From Candidatus Saccharimonadota bacterium (GTDB lineage: Archaea; Micrarchaeota; Micrarchaeia; Micrarchaeales; Micrarchaeaceae), in assembly GCA_963698035.1 (NCBI GenBank), contig OY969114.1:180001-212000 (forward strand): a stretch of DNA of 32,000 nt. The letters are read 5' to 3'. The notes under the pieces were generated by a model. The model worked only from the letters and a program-made list of their open reading frames with translations, did not search any database and had not been told where the DNA came from. The position numbers and the translations under genes were made by a program. Within the stretch, counting starts at the first letter, position 1; the number at the start of each line of letters is the position of its first letter. Below are positions 30,005-32,000 of this stretch, one piece after another.

Positions 30005-31921
30005 TCATCTTGCTGTGGTAGCTGGGGGGCAGATGTAATAGTATGGGCCATTGTAGATAACGCACTCTGCAAGGGACACCTTGTTTATGCTGTTGCTTGG
30101 TATTTTGACGGATATGTTGATGGCGCCAGACTGGCCTGTCAGCAGTATCCTGTTTGGATTTACCTTGTATTGGAGACTCTCATTTGTCAGGTTGTAATAC
30201 GGCTTTATGAGTATCTCGTCTCCATGCATCCCGTATGCGACCGGCACGGCCTGGTAGCTGTACATTACGGACTCCTGCAGGGTGAGCGAGCCGAGCGTAT
30301 TGGAGGAATAGCTCAAGCTTGCGTTGTATAGGGTGTAATTGGACGTGGGCGGCGGCAGCGACTGGTTCGCAACCGAGATGCCGATCTTCTCGAATGCGTT
30401 GTGCGACGATACGATAAACAACGCGGTTGACAGCGCCAAAATGGCGATGCATGATAGGGCGACCCTGGTCGCCAGAGCGCTGGGCAGCCTCCTGGCGTCT
30501 GCCCTCTTTGCTCCGTTCTTTATGTAGAGAGTTACTATCATCGCGGCGAGGAAGAAGGTGTAATAGGGAAGTATGGCATGGTAGAGGAACATCAGGGGCA
30601 GCAGCGATAGCAGGAAGATCAGCCTCTTGTCTTCAAGCCAGAGGAATAGTATTATCGATAAGATGGTCGCAGATATGAAGAGTATGCTCTCCAAGCTGAG
30701 CAGTGTGTTGTATATCATCAATATCGAGAAGCCTATCGGAGCGGATGAGTTGGGAAGTATGTAGCTGCTTGCCGGAGCAATGACCTGGCTGAAGAACGCC
30801 GAGGGGTTTGCAGCGATGAAGTAGCCGTTTATCAGCAGGAAGACCAACAATGTGCCGGCAAGGTTGATGGAGCCCCTCTTTGCGCCATGCGCCCTGAAGC
30901 TGTATGCCAGCATCAGTATCACAACAATCCAGAGCTGTTCCTGGAGCGACGCGGCTATGCCAAGCAGTATCCAGAGGTACTTGTTGTCTATAAAGTAGAA
31001 CGCCAGCAGCACGACAGCCAGCATTATAAAGTCGATTAGGGAGGCGTAGACCGCTAAGAACGCGAGAAGGAATACGAGCATGATGACGGGCGGCCTGCGC
31101 AGCGCATCCGGCTCCACGATGAATGCGATTACGAAGACGAGGAGCAGGGTAAGTATGACGTTCAGCACATTGATTCCCGAATAGGTGAAGCCGAGACCGA
31201 TGCTGGAGAGTGCGGCGAACGGGGCAAAGACCAGGAACGAGAGCGCGGGATAGTCGACCCCGCTCTCAAAGAGGTTATCTGTCGTGTAGGTCAGCCCCGC
31301 CGAGAAGTTCTTCGTGAGAGAGTAATTGTAGAGCTGGCTGGCGAAAGAGTGCAAATAGGGGTTCTGCCCGGATACCAGGGCATGCGCTGCTGCTATCGAG
31401 ACGAACTCCTCATCGTCAAGGGAGGTGCTGATGATGCCGCACAGGTATATCACTATTATGAACGCTATAGCGCCAGCAACAAGGGCATAAGAAAGCGCCT
31501 TGGCGGTCCTCTTCTGCTTTGCAGGTAGCTTTATCGTGCCGAGGTATCTTGCAAAGAAGATAAGAAGTATGACAGGAAGGAAGGCCGGCAATATTACGGC
31601 TATCAATTCCGGCCCGTACACGACAGAGTAGAAATTGGCCCCGATTACAAGCGCCACATAGGTTATCTGCACGGCGAGGATTGCCGCCATGGAAACGAGG
31701 AGCGGCTTGAAGCACGCCTTGAGGAAGCCGAATGCCTTCCTTTTGCCGGAGAATAGCAGATAGCATATCGCGTATGCGATGAAGAGCAGCGAGAGAAGGA
31801 GCTCGAGTGCGAGCATGAGCCTCGATATTGCACCGTAGGTTGCGAGCCCAGCTATCTCTGCTATGAATATGAAGGCGGCAATCGCGAAAAGGGCCCTGTT
31901 TCTGTCGAATTCAAGCTTCAA
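30005..31921 (-). CDS. Large polytopic membrane protein with a C-terminal extracytoplasmic domain; possibly a GT-C-type glycosyltransferase (weak)
   Basis: It has more than 12 TM helices. There is an acidic loop (SLDDEEF) and a ...GVDYPALSFLVFAPF... segment reminiscent of DUF2029/GT-C mannosyltransferase-like proteins. The C-terminal ~130 aa are sequon-rich and soluble. Its stop abuts the thrS stop with a 0-nt gap (convergent genes). Confidence 0.6.
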   Translation of the reverse strand: MKLEFDRNRALFAIAAFIFIAEIAGLATYGAISRLMLALELLLSLLFIAYAICYLLFSGKRKAFGFLKACFKPLLVSMAAILAVQITYVALVIGANFYSVVYGPELIAVILPAFLPVILLIFFARYLGTIKLPAKQKRTAKALSYALVAGAIAFIIVIYLCGIISTSLDDEEFVSIAAAHALVSGQNPYLHSFASQLYNYSLTKNFSAGLTYTTDNLFESGVDYPALSFLVFAPFAALSSIGLGFTYSGINVLNVILTLLLVFVIAFIVEPDALRRPPVIMLVFLLAFLAVYASLIDFIMLAVVLLAFYFIDNKYLWILLGIAASLQEQLWIVVILMLAYSFRAHGAKRGSINLAGTLLVFLLINGYFIAANPSAFFSQVIAPASSYILPNSSAPIGFSILMIYNTLLSLESILFISATILSIILFLWLEDKRLIFLLSLLPLMFLYHAILPYYTFFLAAMIVTLYIKNGAKRADARRLPSALATRVALSCIAILALSTALFIVSSHNAFEKIGISVANQSLPPPTSNYTLYNASLSYSSNTLGSLTLQESVMYSYQAVPVAYGMHGDEILIKPYYNLTNESLQYKVNPNRILLTGQSGAINISVKIPSNSINKVSLAECVIYNGPYYYICPPATTAR

Positions 31922-32000
31922 TGACCCACCTACGATATCTTTTTAGTCTTTGAGATGGCTTTTATATATACATTGCTTTATTCTACTCTGCCTATGCTGG

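Overview
This is an archaeal chromosomal segment. The evidence is Top6B, an archaeal-type ThrRS with an N-terminal editing domain, archease, NMD3, a KH/Dim2-like protein, SecF/SecD, a pilin with a class III signal peptide, tRNA-Cys, TATA-box promoters about 26 nt from start codons, and a strong AUA/AGG codon preference. The lineage cannot be assigned without a database search. The left 11 kb and right 4 kb are compact housekeeping DNA, and convergent genes overlap or abut. The central ~17 kb (11313-28107) lies entirely on the minus strand. It is a tightly packed cluster that I interpret as a conjugation/T4SS-like (Ced/Ted-like) envelope apparatus. It contains two tandem VirB2-like hairpin pilin candidates, a 6-TM protein and six tandem paralogous polytopic membrane proteins. 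It also has two paralogous membrane proteins with VirB4-N-domain-like soluble parts and a VirB4/TrbE/HerA-type P-loop ATPase split by one frameshift. The remaining genes are two small helical paralogs, a Zn-ribbon membrane protein, a coiled-coil/wHTH protein, a 49-aa basic ORF and a 786-aa sequon-rich bitopic protein. No relaxase, coupling ATPase or integrase is visible. Other oddities are secD broken by about four frame changes, a perfect 2x58-bp tandem duplication that truncates the second pilin copy, a Nudix-UDG fusion, a CBS/HPF-like fusion, and an ORF with atypical codon usage next to tRNA-Cys. All functional calls rest on motif and architecture recognition by eye. No similarity search was run.
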